Below are positions 28,409 through 38,988 of a stretch of DNA of 64,000 bases, one piece after another; position 1 is the first letter of the stretch; each line of letters opens with the position of its first letter. Below the pieces are notes generated by a model. That model saw nothing but the letters and a program-made list of their open reading frames with translations, was not told where the DNA came from and did no database searches. The translations under genes were made by a program, and so were the position numbers. The stretch spans positions 128,001 through 192,000 of the forward strand of contig JBEIPA010000001.1 of assembly GCA_040377305.1 (NCBI GenBank), written 5' to 3'. This DNA comes from Flavobacteriales bacterium. Its GTDB lineage: Bacteria; Bacteroidota; Bacteroidia; Palsa-965.

Positions 28409-28518
28409 ACGAATTGAATACGTAAGCCAGTGCAGTGATTAACTTTTCACGTGCAACCGGCTAGCGTAATAATAAATCCGTTGCGAATTCGGTGCGAAGA
28501 ATTCTGTAATTTTAGCAG

Positions 28519-29223
28519 ATGAGAAAAGTTGTTGCTCTTGCATTCTGTCTGATTGTTTTGTGGAGCTGTCGCAAAGAAGACACGACAAACGAGCGCTATC
28601 CCGTGACGCAACATTACTATCTCTATTACAATTCTTTCACGGATAGTACCACATTCAAAGCAACATTTTATCATCGCGACACTAAAACAATGCTGCCTTC
28701 CGGATATTCAATAACGGTGAATGATTCGGTGATGCCTATGTTACAGAATCCGGCTCAGCCAGTGAATCCTTCCACCGGACCGAATTATTATTACGAACGT
28801 CGTGAAGCCGGATCAAGCGGCGCCATTTTCAAATTCAGACGGCCCGACGGCTCTGTAGTACCGAATACAATTCCGGCAAACTATGTGCAGTCGATTACGT
28901 TTGATTCTATATTCACCGCAATATCAAGATCTGATACTTTATTCATTCTGGTTGTTACAGACACATTGAACACAGATGAATCAATTACAGTTTCAATTTA
29001 TCAGGACGATAACCACTTTACATATGAGACGATTGCGTGGCAGCCCGGTGATTCGGTAATTACGATATTCCCATCACAAATGTCAACCCTGTTTACAGGC
29101 CCGGCCGATATTACCATAAGTCGCAACAGTCCGGTATTGCCGCTTCAACTCTCAGACGGACTTGCCTCCGGAGATATGCGCGCCGTTGTATTTGCAACGC
29201 AAGAAGTCAGCATTGTTCAGTAG
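28519..29223 (+). CDS. Hypothetical lipoprotein
   Basis: LWSC lipobox; beta-rich 234-aa ORF. Confidence 0.7.
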   Translation: MRKVVALAFCLIVLWSCRKEDTTNERYPVTQHYYLYYNSFTDSTTFKATFYHRDTKTMLPSGYSITVNDSVMPMLQNPAQPVNPSTGPNYYYERREAGSSGAIFKFRRPDGSVVPNTIPANYVQSITFDSIFTAISRSDTLFILVVTDTLNTDESITVSIYQDDNHFTYETIAWQPGDSVITIFPSQMSTLFTGPADITISRNSPVLPLQLSDGLASGDMRAVVFATQEVSIVQ

Positions 29224-29228
29224 ATCAA

Positions 29229-30251
29229 TTAAACCCGCACCCCTAACAACAGGATGTCGTCGGTTTGCTGATGACCTTTCATCCAGTCATCCATGCGGCT
29301 TTTGACAGTACGTAATTGATCAGACGGCGAAGTGCGAGAAATTTCCTCCAGCATCTTTTTCATTCTTTCCTTCTGAAATTTCTTTCCGTCGGGACCACCA
29401 AACTGATCGGGAATTCCATCGCTACTCATGTAGAACATATCGCCTGCTCCAAGTGCAATACGATGAGTTGGCGGCGGAGACTTTACGTGATCCTGCATGG
29501 AACCGACAGAACATTTCATTCCCTTTGTTTCCTGTAATGCGCCATTCGAAACGATAAGCAACGATGTCCCGGCACCAGCATAAGTCAACTCACGTGACAT
29601 GCGATCGTAAATGCACAGCCCTACTTCCATTCCATCATTCAGCTCATTGTGTGCACGCTGCTGCCCGAGCGAATCTTTCACTTCCGCATTCATTGCATCT
29701 ATAATCTGTGAAGGATCGAGGCTCCCTGTTTTCTCCAATGCATTGCGTAAAGCGTTATGTCCGATGAACGTGAGAAACGCTCCGGGAACTCCATGGCCCG
29801 TACAGTCGATTGCCGCAATCACAACTTTTCCTTTGTGCTCCTGCACGAAGTAAAAATCTCCGCCAACTATATCGCGTGGACGCAGGTAGAAAAAACTTTC
29901 AGGTAGAATTTTTTGTAAGTCATCTGCTTCCGGTTCCAGTGCCTTTTGCAATCGGCTTGCATACCGAATGCTATCGAGAATATCCTTATTCTGTTCCTCG
30001 ATTACTTTGTTCTTTTCCTGCAATTGCTTAGCAGTTTTGCTCTTCAATCGGAAGCGGCTCCATGCAAATAATCCGGCGACAATTACACCGCCGAAAATTG
30101 CGAGGAAAAAATTCCGGTGTACGGAAGGATAACACACGAACTCATGCTCTTCACCGGAGAACGCGCCGAAAACTCCGCCTTCAGCAAAAAGCGTTACAGG
30201 TAAGACAGAAAACAGAACCAGGAAATATTTGAATGATCGCAGCATTTGCAC
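29229..30251 (-). CDS. SpoIIE/PP2C family Ser/Thr phosphatase, membrane-anchored
   Basis: PRDIVGGDFY, DCTGHGVPGA, SDGIPDQFGG, QTDD. Confidence 0.9.
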   Translation of the reverse strand: MQMLRSFKYFLVLFSVLPVTLFAEGGVFGAFSGEEHEFVCYPSVHRNFFLAIFGGVIVAGLFAWSRFRLKSKTAKQLQEKNKVIEEQNKDILDSIRYASRLQKALEPEADDLQKILPESFFYLRPRDIVGGDFYFVQEHKGKVVIAAIDCTGHGVPGAFLTFIGHNALRNALEKTGSLDPSQIIDAMNAEVKDSLGQQRAHNELNDGMEVGLCIYDRMSRELTYAGAGTSLLIVSNGALQETKGMKCSVGSMQDHVKSPPPTHRIALGAGDMFYMSSDGIPDQFGGPDGKKFQKERMKKMLEEISRTSPSDQLRTVKSRMDDWMKGHQQTDDILLLGVRV

Positions 30252-30279
30252 GTATTTTTGAAAGCCTCAAGTTAAGTGT

Positions 30280-31437
30280 ATGCAACGGATTTCAAAAGAA
30301 CAAGCACAATCAATTCTCCTTTCGGCACAAGGTTTCTCCAAACCCAATGCATTCGGAAAAGGCATTGCAGGTGCACACGAAACTGTTCAGCATCTCGGTT
30401 ATGTTCAACTTGACACACTTGCAGTAGTAGCCCGTGCACACCACCATACGCTCTGGTCACGAAACAACTTGTACAACGAAGAAAATCTGCATCAACTTCT
30501 CCGCGAAGGAAAAGTATTCGAATACTGGAGCCATGCAGCTTCTTATTTGCCCATGGACGATTTCAGGTTTTCATTGCCGCGAAAAGCACTATACCTCTCC
30601 GGACATTCACACTGGTTTTCGAAGAATAAGAAACTGATGAAGTATGTGCTGGATCGGATTCGTGCAGAAGGTCCGTTGCAGTCGAAAGATTTTGCAAGCG
30701 ACCGGAAGCGTGGAAGTTGGTGGGACTGGAAACCAGCAAAGATTGCACTTGAGCAGTTGTTCATGGAAGGTTCTCTCATGGTCAAATGGCGGAATGGATT
30801 CCAGAAAGTGTACGATCTCACCGAACGCGTTGTTCCTTCCCATGTTGAATGCACCAAACCTTCGAACAATGAATACGCAGAATATCTTGTGCGTTTCAAC
30901 CTGCGCGCCCTGGGAGTCGCTACTCTGAAAGATTTCACACATCTGCGTCGCGGAATGCAAAGCACGGTTGCACTAGCTGTGAAGCGCATGATCGCAAGCG
31001 GCGAAATTACTGAGCTGCAAATCGAAGGCTTAAAAGAATCATGGTTCGCTTTTCCGGCAACACTGAAGGTGAAACAGAAATCACCGAAAGGAACTTTTAT
31101 CCTGAGTCCGTTCGACAACCTTGTGATACGACGCGAACGCCTGCAAAAGCTGTTCGGCTGGGAATTCAATCTTGAATGCTATTTGCCCGAACACAAGCGA
31201 AAATTCGGCTACTTCTGTCTACCGGTTTTGCACAACGGAGAATTTGCAGGCATGTTCGATCCGAAAGCAGATCGTGCAACAAACATATTTCACGTAAAGA
31301 AGCTGCATTTGAATATTAAGCCTTCTGCTGAATTCAGATCGTCCTTCCTGAAATCGCTGGAAGATTTCTCCGCATTCAACAACTGCGACCGGATTGTATT
31401 TGACAGACGTAGCGACAAGAAGTTGATTACTCCATAA
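30280..31437 (+). CDS. ycaQ: YcaQ/AlkZ (HTH_42) family crosslink-repair DNA glycosylase
   Basis: VQLDT (QxD), FEYWSHAAS, LSPFDNL, ECYLPEHKRKFGY. Confidence 0.85.
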   Translation: MQRISKEQAQSILLSAQGFSKPNAFGKGIAGAHETVQHLGYVQLDTLAVVARAHHHTLWSRNNLYNEENLHQLLREGKVFEYWSHAASYLPMDDFRFSLPRKALYLSGHSHWFSKNKKLMKYVLDRIRAEGPLQSKDFASDRKRGSWWDWKPAKIALEQLFMEGSLMVKWRNGFQKVYDLTERVVPSHVECTKPSNNEYAEYLVRFNLRALGVATLKDFTHLRRGMQSTVALAVKRMIASGEITELQIEGLKESWFAFPATLKVKQKSPKGTFILSPFDNLVIRRERLQKLFGWEFNLECYLPEHKRKFGYFCLPVLHNGEFAGMFDPKADRATNIFHVKKLHLNIKPSAEFRSSFLKSLEDFSAFNNCDRIVFDRRSDKKLITP

Positions 31438-31440
31438 AAC

Positions 31441-31471
31441 AAAACGCCGCGAATTTCTTCACGGCGTTTTT
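31441..31471. terminator. Bidirectional intrinsic terminator
   Basis: aaaacgccgcgaa-tttc-ttcacggcgtttt between convergent genes. Confidence 0.75.
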
Positions 31472-31528
31472 CATTATACGATTATTAGTTATCGCCAGTC
31501 GCAGATTGAAACCGCGCGGCAGTCCAAA

Positions 31529-34500
31529 CTATTTCTGAAGAATCACTTTCTCGTGCTGCTTCAAATCTCCTGCAGTAATTACGATTGTATATGCACCGTC
31601 TGCGAGTCCTGAAAGATCCAGTTGCGTAACCTGACTTCCGTTCGATCCGCTGTTTTCTTTCTTCGCCATTACAATACGTCCGGTTGCGTCCATCACTTCG
31701 TATGTGATTCCTTCCGAAGAAGAAGGCGTTACGATCGTGATCAGACTTGTCGTCGGATTCGGGTAAAGCTGAACAGGGAATGACGCATTGTGATCATTCA
31801 CTCCATTCACGATAAGATCTTCGAGGTTCGACTCAGACGTATTGATGTTGCGCGTTGGTGTACAACTCACTTGCCAAACCGTTTGGATACGGTAGCGACA
31901 TTGCGTTACGGTAACTGGCGGTGTCCAATCCGTATACACGAAGTTGGTTCCCGGTACAGAGTCAATCACTTCCCAGTTACCCGCGAGTGTTGAATCACGC
32001 AGGATGCGGTAGTAGTCAACAGTCTGCCCTTCATACATCGTCCAGTTGAGGTTTGCTTCTCCACCTACGCCAATACTTGCCTGCATAAACAGTGTGCGGT
32101 GGTGGTTGCTAAGCGGACTTTCATTTCCGCAGCTGTCGATTGCTGAGATCTTGTAACGCTGGAATGTCGTGTTTGGGTTCGCAATCGGAACATAAATGCT
32201 GTCAACGAACAATGACAGTGAATCGTAATCGACTGTTCCAACAACCTGATATGTGTTTGACGTGATCTCGCGATAGATGCGGAATGAATCAATATCAGTT
32301 GCGGTTGGTTTCTCCCACATGATATTGTTCCAGTTCGAGGGACCATCAACAGTAACCATACAAATGTCAACAGGCGTTACTGCATCCACTGCAAAGTTGA
32401 GGAAAGCTGAATCACCGGATCCGCAACCATTTACACCATATACAACAACAGCACCAGATGAAGCCGATGAAACAAAGTCAACCGTAATGGTATTTGTTCC
32501 ACTTCCTGATACAATTGTTGAACCTGCAGGTAAGTTCCAGGTATAAGTAGTCGCGTTCGTGATTGCAGGAACGGTGAATGTTACTCCTGTTGCTGCCGGA
32601 CATATTGCAATATTCCCGGGACCGGAAACAGTTCCAGCTCCAACTGGCAATGGATTGACGGTCACTTGCAACGTATCAGCTGCAACTCCAGTTCCGCAGG
32701 CATTGTTTCCGTTCACATATACTGCTCCGCTTTGTGAATTGAGATTAAACGTAACAGTAATTGAATTCGTATTAGCACCTGCTGTTACAATTGCACCCAC
32801 CGGCAAGGACCAGATGTAGTCTGTAGCATTTGCTGCAGCAGGGACAGTGAATACAACTGCGGTGTCGCCTTCACATACTGTAGCCGGACCAGAGATTGTC
32901 GTCGTTGTATCAGGCAGTGGATTTACAGTGAGTGTAATTCCAGGCCCCATTGCGCCGTTACCGCAAACGTTCGTACCATAAACCGTAACCGGTCCTGAAG
33001 ACGCAGTTGGCGAGAAATCCACAGTGATCGAATTTCCGTTGTCAACTACAATAGTTGCACCAACTGGTAATGTCCAATTGTAGTTCGAAGCGCCTGTGAT
33101 TGAAGTAACGCTATACTGCACTCCCGTAGCACCCGCACAAACCGTAGTTGGTCCGGTGATGGCTGTAGAAGAATCAGGGAGTAATCCAACCGTGATTGCA
33201 AGGTTAGCTGAAGTTCCGGTTCCGCATGAATTCACTCCAGAAACCGTAATGTTACCCGAACCTGTTGCGTTTGTAAAATCAGTGGTAATGGAGTTCGTAC
33301 CCGCACCGTTTGTAATCACAACGCCCGGAGGCAATGTCCAGTTGTACGTTGTTGCGTTGAGGATAGACGGAACAGAATAAACCACACCGGTTGTGCCTTC
33401 ACACACGGTTGTGTTTCCGCTGATTGTTCCTGCAACGTCCGGAAGTGGATTCATTGAAATTGTTAATCCTACAGACGAAGATCCTGTTCCGCATGAGTTC
33501 GTTCCGACAACATCTACCGTTCCACCGGATGCATTTGCAGAGAAATCAACAGTAATGGTTGATGCATTCGGGTTACCAACAATCGTTGCTCCCGGAGGTA
33601 ATGTCCAGGTGTACGAAGTTGCATTCGCAATTCCGGATGTGCTGTAAACCACACCTGATTGACCCTGACAAACACTCAATGGTCCACTGATGCTGGATGT
33701 TGTACCTGGAAGCGGAAGCACAGTCACGTTGAACGGAGCTGAAGAAGCACCAACACCACACGTATTTGATCCCTGCACTTGTACAAACCCCGAAGTAGCA
33801 ACGTTGCTAAAGTCAACAAGAATATTGTTTGTACCCGAACCGCTGGCAATTGTTGCACCAGAAGGCAACGTCCAATTGTAGCTGGTCGCATTTGCAATTG
33901 CAGCCACAGAGAACGGAACCAAAGTTTGTCCCTGACACACGGTTGAAGTTCCGGATACAGCACCAGCAGAAGCCGGGTAAGGAGCAATTGTAATGGTGTG
34001 AGTCACTTGGCTGTTACCTGCAGCGTTATCGGTGATTGCAAGCGTAACTGTAAACGAGCCCGGACCTGTGAACTGAATGTTCGACGGGTTCTGCTGTGTC
34101 GATGAAGATGGATTTGGTGTTGTTGGTCCACTGAACGTCCAAGTCCACGAGGTAATAGTTGTGCTTGGTGCAAACGATTGATCCGTGAACGAGATGTTGT
34201 TTATCTGTGAAGGTGTTGCACAGATTGTTGAAGGTGCCCATGTGAATTGCGCAGTAAGCGGACATGAACCCATGGTGATTATCACGTTATCTGTACTTGG
34301 CGCACACGTTCCGTTTGTAATTGTCCAACGGAGCGTTACAATATCTCCGGTTGTCAGACCATTCAGTGTTGTGTTCGCTGCGTTGACGTTAGTGATGTTA
34401 CCATTTGTGATCGAAGGATCATTGGTTGCAAATACCGACCATTGTCCCGTACCTACAGTAGGCACATTCGCTGCTAGAGTTGCGGTTCCGATACAAATAT

Positions 34501-37500
34501 TCTGATCGGGTCCTGCGTTAGAAGTAGACGGCAATTGGGATACAGTTACTGTAAATGTGGTGGTTGTGATGTTGTTATTCGTTGCACCATCGTTTACTGT
34601 TACCGTAATAACTGCGGTTCCGTATTGACCAACAACTGGCGTATATGTCATCGATCCATTTGCATTCGGACTTGTGTATGAAACGGTAGGGTTAGGAATC
34701 AAACCCGGATTGCTTGAAGCAGCTGTAACAGTAAGCGTTTGCGTTTCACCAGCAGAACCGGTGCCCACACCACCAAAGTTTACAACCTGTACACCCGAGT
34801 TCTGGCATATTGCTGAAGGGTTTGAAATTGCGCCGATTGTTGGAGGTGTGTTCAGTGTAGCACCGCTTGTAGTTGCTGACGTCAATAGATAATTGTTCGT
34901 ACATCCTGAACCATTCGAGTTGTATTCATACACCGCGAAGTAATAATTGGTGTTTGAAGTCAGTCCGGTTATAGTCACGGAATTCCCTGTGCCGTTGTAA
35001 ACGCAATAGGTTGCTCCTCCAAGGTTAGTTCCGCTGCCGAAAACTGTGTTTGCTGCATACCCCATTCCATCGAACGGTGTATTTACAATCGGACTACCCT
35101 CACGTGCAACAACCACACGACTAAATCCATTACCTGCGGTAAAGTTCAGTGTCATGGCGGTTTGCGTCTGTCCGGTAAGGGTCAATGCACTCGCCGGAGT
35201 AGTTGGTTCGGAAGCAAGCGGATCAAGGTCGTTCGTGAGCACATAAGTACTGCCCGCGGTTGAAGAAGCAACAATATCCTGCTTGCCATCCATATTGAAA
35301 TCTCCGGAATTCAACTGGAATGATGCACCCGGCAGAGTATAGTCAATACGTGCCGCGAATGTATAATTGCCCGTTGCTTCAAAAACAGAAACAGTAGTTC
35401 CGCTAGAATATCCAACGGCGATATCGTGACGCCCGTCTCCATCAAAGTCGTTACATGTTAAGCCATAACAGTTCGCATTTGCGACCGCCAGCGAACCAGA
35501 AAAAGTGAAACTGATAGCAGCAGTAGAATTGTTCTGGTAAATGCGAACCGAAGTATTGTTACATCCTACTGCAAGATCAGGTTTGCCATCGTTGTTAAAG
35601 TCGCCTGCTGCGATTGACATTACATTAGCACCACCTGTTGTTGTAAATGTTTGTGCTGCTCCGAAAGAAATGTTGCCAACAGTACTGTTGTTCTCCATGG
35701 CAACAAAGCTGTTCGTATTCATGTTGCCATAAACGATATCCGCTTTGCCATCAAGATCCATGTCGCGTGCAATAATGGAATACGGTGTACCTGCTGTTGC
35801 AAAATCCTGACGCGCAGCAAAAGTCAGATTGAAATTTGTACTTGTATTACGGTACACGCTAATGAGGTTCCACGATCCGTCGTAGCCAACGAGAATGTCA
35901 AGCTTGCCGTCACCATCGAAGTCTGCAGCTCTCACCTGTCCTGGTGTAGCCGAGAGAGGAAGATCAACTCTACCGCCCGTAAATGAGAAACCTGATCCGC
36001 GATAAACCGAGATTGTATTATTCGAAAGCTGACTCACAATCTGGTCATTCTTTCCGTCTCCGTCCATGTCAGCAACTTCAACATAATACGAATTGTTCGG
36101 AACGTAATTCGTGTAGTTCACGAAAGTTGGAGGATTGATTCCATTCGCTGACTGCCCGATGAAGCCATTGACGTAACTTGATCCATACCCAGCGATGTAC
36201 ATATCCGTTTTACCGTCGCCGCTTCCATCTTTTAACGCAATTCCATATGTGTTTCCGTATGACGAAATTGTACTTGTGGTAAACGAACTGACGTTAATCG
36301 GGTTCGAACAAGACGACGTGATGTTGAACTCACGCGTATATGTTGCGGTTAGTCCATTCACTTGTACTGACACCGGATTATTATTTGCACCATAAGGTGC
36401 TATAACCTGAAGCTGAGTTGCGGTTGCAGAAGAAACAGCTGCTCGTGTTGCGCCGAAGTAAACGAAATTATCGTTTGCATTTGTACTGAAGTTTGTTCCC
36501 GTTATTGTAACCAAAGTACCAGCGGAACCGGATGTAGGCGACATGAGCGTTATAGTAGGAACAGACTGCGCACCGGTTTGTGTTTCCACTACATACATTC
36601 TAGGTGTATCGTAGTTGTAGTTGTTGCCGGATCCGTAATCGTACTCCGTAATAGTAAAGGTATAGTAGCTGTTAGGCGACAATCCGTTAACCGATGCAGT
36701 ATTGTTAAAGCCGTTATAAATCGTGTACGTATTGTTTCCAATCCGTGTTCCGCTTCCAAATATGGAACTTGCGTTGTACGAATAAAAATCACTTGGTTGT
36801 GACACTGGAGAACTTGACCAAACCCAACCGCTGCTACCCGTATAGGAAGATGCGACCGCAGTCGTCATGTTCATCATAGTGCCCGTAAGATTGGCCAGAG
36901 TCTGCGACGTATTAGCAACAGAACTACCACCACTCATACCTTCATCCATTCTCCAGTAACCAATAAGATTACTCTCATATCCATACAACGAAATCCAGCG
37001 ATCATAATCAATATTGCCGCCTGACCGTGCAGTATTCCACACGCGTACCTCGTCGATCAAACCACTCCAGTAAGTACTTGCTGTTGGTGTACTTGCGGTG
37101 CCAACATCCGCACCAATCATAAAGGAGTTGTTGTATGCGTAAGTAATAGATGCGTTTAATCCTGCGTCATTAATACCATATTGGGCCCCATCGATGAACG
37201 AACGTAAGTATCGACCATCGTATGTCATTGAGAAATGGTGCCATCCCGGGGTCAGGTTTGTTACGCTGGTATATAATTGTCCCCATCCGCCATTTCGGTA
37301 AGCTGAGAAATACATATTACTTCCGATCTGCGCCATGTAATATCCACCGTTCTCTCCGTTACCAGCGAGGTATTGTGATGTTACTGATGTATTCCAGTTC
37401 GTACGATATGCCCAGGCTTCAAGAGTTACATTACTCGGCTGAAGTGTTGTACTCCACGGTACGTTTATGTAATCGTTCGATCCGTCGAACATTAATGCTG

Positions 37501-38791
37501 TTGGTCTGCGACCTGGCTTACAAGTTACCGTGCGCGCCATTCCTGTTCCAGCAGTCCAGTTCATATTCATACCAGTTGGAGTAACAGAACTGAATGAGAT
37601 ACCTGACGATGCAACGATCGGATGTGTGGCATTTGTTGTACGGTAATTGTAGCCGTAACCTGAATAATAATTCGTAGTTGGATTATACGTACCTGTAGAT
37701 CCGTTGTAGTCAAATACACGAATGGTGTAACTTGTTTCCTGCGAGAGGTTATTTACACGAACGGAATTTCCTGATCCGTTGTAGACAACATAACTGTTAC
37801 CAATCATTTGACCGGAACCGTAGTTGGAATTCGCCGTGTAAATTGTTGCGTCAACAGGAACGTCAAACGATGAAGTACTATTCATCAATACAAGATGATT
37901 CGCACCACCGCCGGTTAAAGCGTTACACCAACTCAGTGTAAATGCATCGTCTTCTGCGTCGCGGGTTTCCACATTCGTCACAGCAGCAGTTGGTTCACTG
38001 GCCAGCGTTGTGAATCCTTCGGTAGGATAACTTGTAAGGAGATAGTTGTTCTGGCCCGATGTTCCGTCGAACGTAAAGGCATTCGCAGTATAATTCGTTT
38101 GAGGGGATAGCCCGGTTACGTTTACGCTGGTCAATGTTCCGTCATAAACAACGTAAGAATAATAAAACGGCGACCCGAGCGCATCCCCTGATCCATAAAT
38201 CGAAGAAGCATAATAATCAATACCATCGGTTGGGCTGTATGTATTTGTAGTTCCATAACGTACGCCAACTAATTCACGAGAACCACTTCCTGCAGTCCAG
38301 CTTAACGTAGCACCGCTGCTCGTAAAGTTGGATGATGTAAGAGCAGTACACTGAGTCACCGGTTGCGCAACCAGTGCGTACTGTCCATCACTTCCATAAG
38401 GTGAAGTCGTGAAATTCGGTGATGTTGAAGTTCCTGTGTACTCCCAGACAGCAACCGTGTAATAGCTTCCCGACGTTAAACCATAAATCGTAAGTGAACT
38501 AGCCGTCCCTTTATAAACTGCATAGTTATTGTTTCCGATGTTTTGTCCAGAACCAAAAGTTGTGCTTGTTGGTGTGTAGTTGGTGAAATCTACCGGATAG
38601 GAAACACTATTCGGAGAGGCTCTAACAGTGACTAAACGTCCGGTTCCTGAACCGTTGGTCCAACTAACCGTAAATTGGGTTGTCTGAATATTAGTGAAAA
38701 CGAAGTTCGAGGCTGCAGTCAGCTGCGCTGAAACTTCAACACTAATGAACAAGAAAATAAAGAGCGCGAGGAGGGTACGAATTTGTTTCAT
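31529..38791 (-). CDS. 2420-aa T9SS-secreted multidomain adhesin (FN3-like x5, LamG, IPT/TIG, FG-GAP propeller, PKD/Ig repeats, CTD)
   Basis: Signal peptide; DxDGDGKxD repeats; IDEVRVW LamG; six SG...VC...W.LP.G...N.CG.G repeats; LYPNPT...GAY...K C-terminal domain. Confidence 0.9.
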   Translation of the reverse strand: MKQIRTLLALFIFLFISVEVSAQLTAASNFVFTNIQTTQFTVSWTNGSGTGRLVTVRASPNSVSYPVDFTNYTPTSTTFGSGQNIGNNNYAVYKGTASSLTIYGLTSGSYYTVAVWEYTGTSTSPNFTTSPYGSDGQYALVAQPVTQCTALTSSNFTSSGATLSWTAGSGSRELVGVRYGTTNTYSPTDGIDYYASSIYGSGDALGSPFYYSYVVYDGTLTSVNVTGLSPQTNYTANAFTFDGTSGQNNYLLTSYPTEGFTTLASEPTAAVTNVETRDAEDDAFTLSWCNALTGGGANHLVLMNSTSSFDVPVDATIYTANSNYGSGQMIGNSYVVYNGSGNSVRVNNLSQETSYTIRVFDYNGSTGTYNPTTNYYSGYGYNYRTTNATHPIVASSGISFSSVTPTGMNMNWTAGTGMARTVTCKPGRRPTALMFDGSNDYINVPWSTTLQPSNVTLEAWAYRTNWNTSVTSQYLAGNGENGGYYMAQIGSNMYFSAYRNGGWGQLYTSVTNLTPGWHHFSMTYDGRYLRSFIDGAQYGINDAGLNASITYAYNNSFMIGADVGTASTPTASTYWSGLIDEVRVWNTARSGGNIDYDRWISLYGYESNLIGYWRMDEGMSGGSSVANTSQTLANLTGTMMNMTTAVASSYTGSSGWVWSSSPVSQPSDFYSYNASSIFGSGTRIGNNTYTIYNGFNNTASVNGLSPNSYYTFTITEYDYGSGNNYNYDTPRMYVVETQTGAQSVPTITLMSPTSGSAGTLVTITGTNFSTNANDNFVYFGATRAAVSSATATQLQVIAPYGANNNPVSVQVNGLTATYTREFNITSSCSNPINVSSFTTSTISSYGNTYGIALKDGSGDGKTDMYIAGYGSSYVNGFIGQSANGINPPTFVNYTNYVPNNSYYVEVADMDGDGKNDQIVSQLSNNTISVYRGSGFSFTGGRVDLPLSATPGQVRAADFDGDGKLDILVGYDGSWNLISVYRNTSTNFNLTFAARQDFATAGTPYSIIARDMDLDGKADIVYGNMNTNSFVAMENNSTVGNISFGAAQTFTTTGGANVMSIAAGDFNNDGKPDLAVGCNNTSVRIYQNNSTAAISFTFSGSLAVANANCYGLTCNDFDGDGRHDIAVGYSSGTTVSVFEATGNYTFAARIDYTLPGASFQLNSGDFNMDGKQDIVASSTAGSTYVLTNDLDPLASEPTTPASALTLTGQTQTAMTLNFTAGNGFSRVVVAREGSPIVNTPFDGMGYAANTVFGSGTNLGGATYCVYNGTGNSVTITGLTSNTNYYFAVYEYNSNGSGCTNNYLLTSATTSGATLNTPPTIGAISNPSAICQNSGVQVVNFGGVGTGSAGETQTLTVTAASSNPGLIPNPTVSYTSPNANGSMTYTPVVGQYGTAVITVTVNDGATNNNITTTTFTVTVSQLPSTSNAGPDQNICIGTATLAANVPTVGTGQWSVFATNDPSITNGNITNVNAANTTLNGLTTGDIVTLRWTITNGTCAPSTDNVIITMGSCPLTAQFTWAPSTICATPSQINNISFTDQSFAPSTTITSWTWTFSGPTTPNPSSSTQQNPSNIQFTGPGSFTVTLAITDNAAGNSQVTHTITIAPYPASAGAVSGTSTVCQGQTLVPFSVAAIANATSYNWTLPSGATIASGSGTNNILVDFSNVATSGFVQVQGSNTCGVGASSAPFNVTVLPLPGTTSSISGPLSVCQGQSGVVYSTSGIANATSYTWTLPPGATIVGNPNASTITVDFSANASGGTVDVVGTNSCGTGSSSVGLTISMNPLPDVAGTISGNTTVCEGTTGVVYSVPSILNATTYNWTLPPGVVITNGAGTNSITTDFTNATGSGNITVSGVNSCGTGTSANLAITVGLLPDSSTAITGPTTVCAGATGVQYSVTSITGASNYNWTLPVGATIVVDNGNSITVDFSPTASSGPVTVYGTNVCGNGAMGPGITLTVNPLPDTTTTISGPATVCEGDTAVVFTVPAAANATDYIWSLPVGAIVTAGANTNSITVTFNLNSQSGAVYVNGNNACGTGVAADTLQVTVNPLPVGAGTVSGPGNIAICPAATGVTFTVPAITNATTYTWNLPAGSTIVSGSGTNTITVDFVSSASSGAVVVYGVNGCGSGDSAFLNFAVDAVTPVDICMVTVDGPSNWNNIMWEKPTATDIDSFRIYREITSNTYQVVGTVDYDSLSLFVDSIYVPIANPNTTFQRYKISAIDSCGNESPLSNHHRTLFMQASIGVGGEANLNWTMYEGQTVDYYRILRDSTLAGNWEVIDSVPGTNFVYTDWTPPVTVTQCRYRIQTVWQVSCTPTRNINTSESNLEDLIVNGVNDHNASFPVQLYPNPTTSLITIVTPSSSEGITYEVMDATGRIVMAKKENSGSNGSQVTQLDLSGLADGAYTIVITAGDLKQHEKVILQK

Positions 38792-38873
38792 GTATTAGGC
38801 CAGGTTGAATGGGGCTTAAGTGTATTAGGTTTTAACAAAGGAAAGGTACTAATTTGTCTGTTTTGTGTCACCC

Positions 38874-38902
38874 ATTCACCGTTAAAACGAAACAATTCAT
38901 CG
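38874..38902. promoter_or_regulatory. Putative LytTR-type direct-repeat operator
   Basis: ATTCACCG (38874) and ATTCATCG (38895), 21 bp apart, in the divergent promoter region. Confidence 0.45.
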
Positions 38903-38988
38903 AAGGTTTCAGTGAACTTATGAGCAATTGCTGAAAACACCGCATCTCTTTATTTTTACCTTTGTTTCAGCGCAAAATTCCGCCAAAA

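Noticed and set aside
30280-31437. AlkZ-type self-resistance gene marking a genotoxin cluster
   Set aside because: QxD (YcaQ-type) motif and no biosynthetic genes nearby
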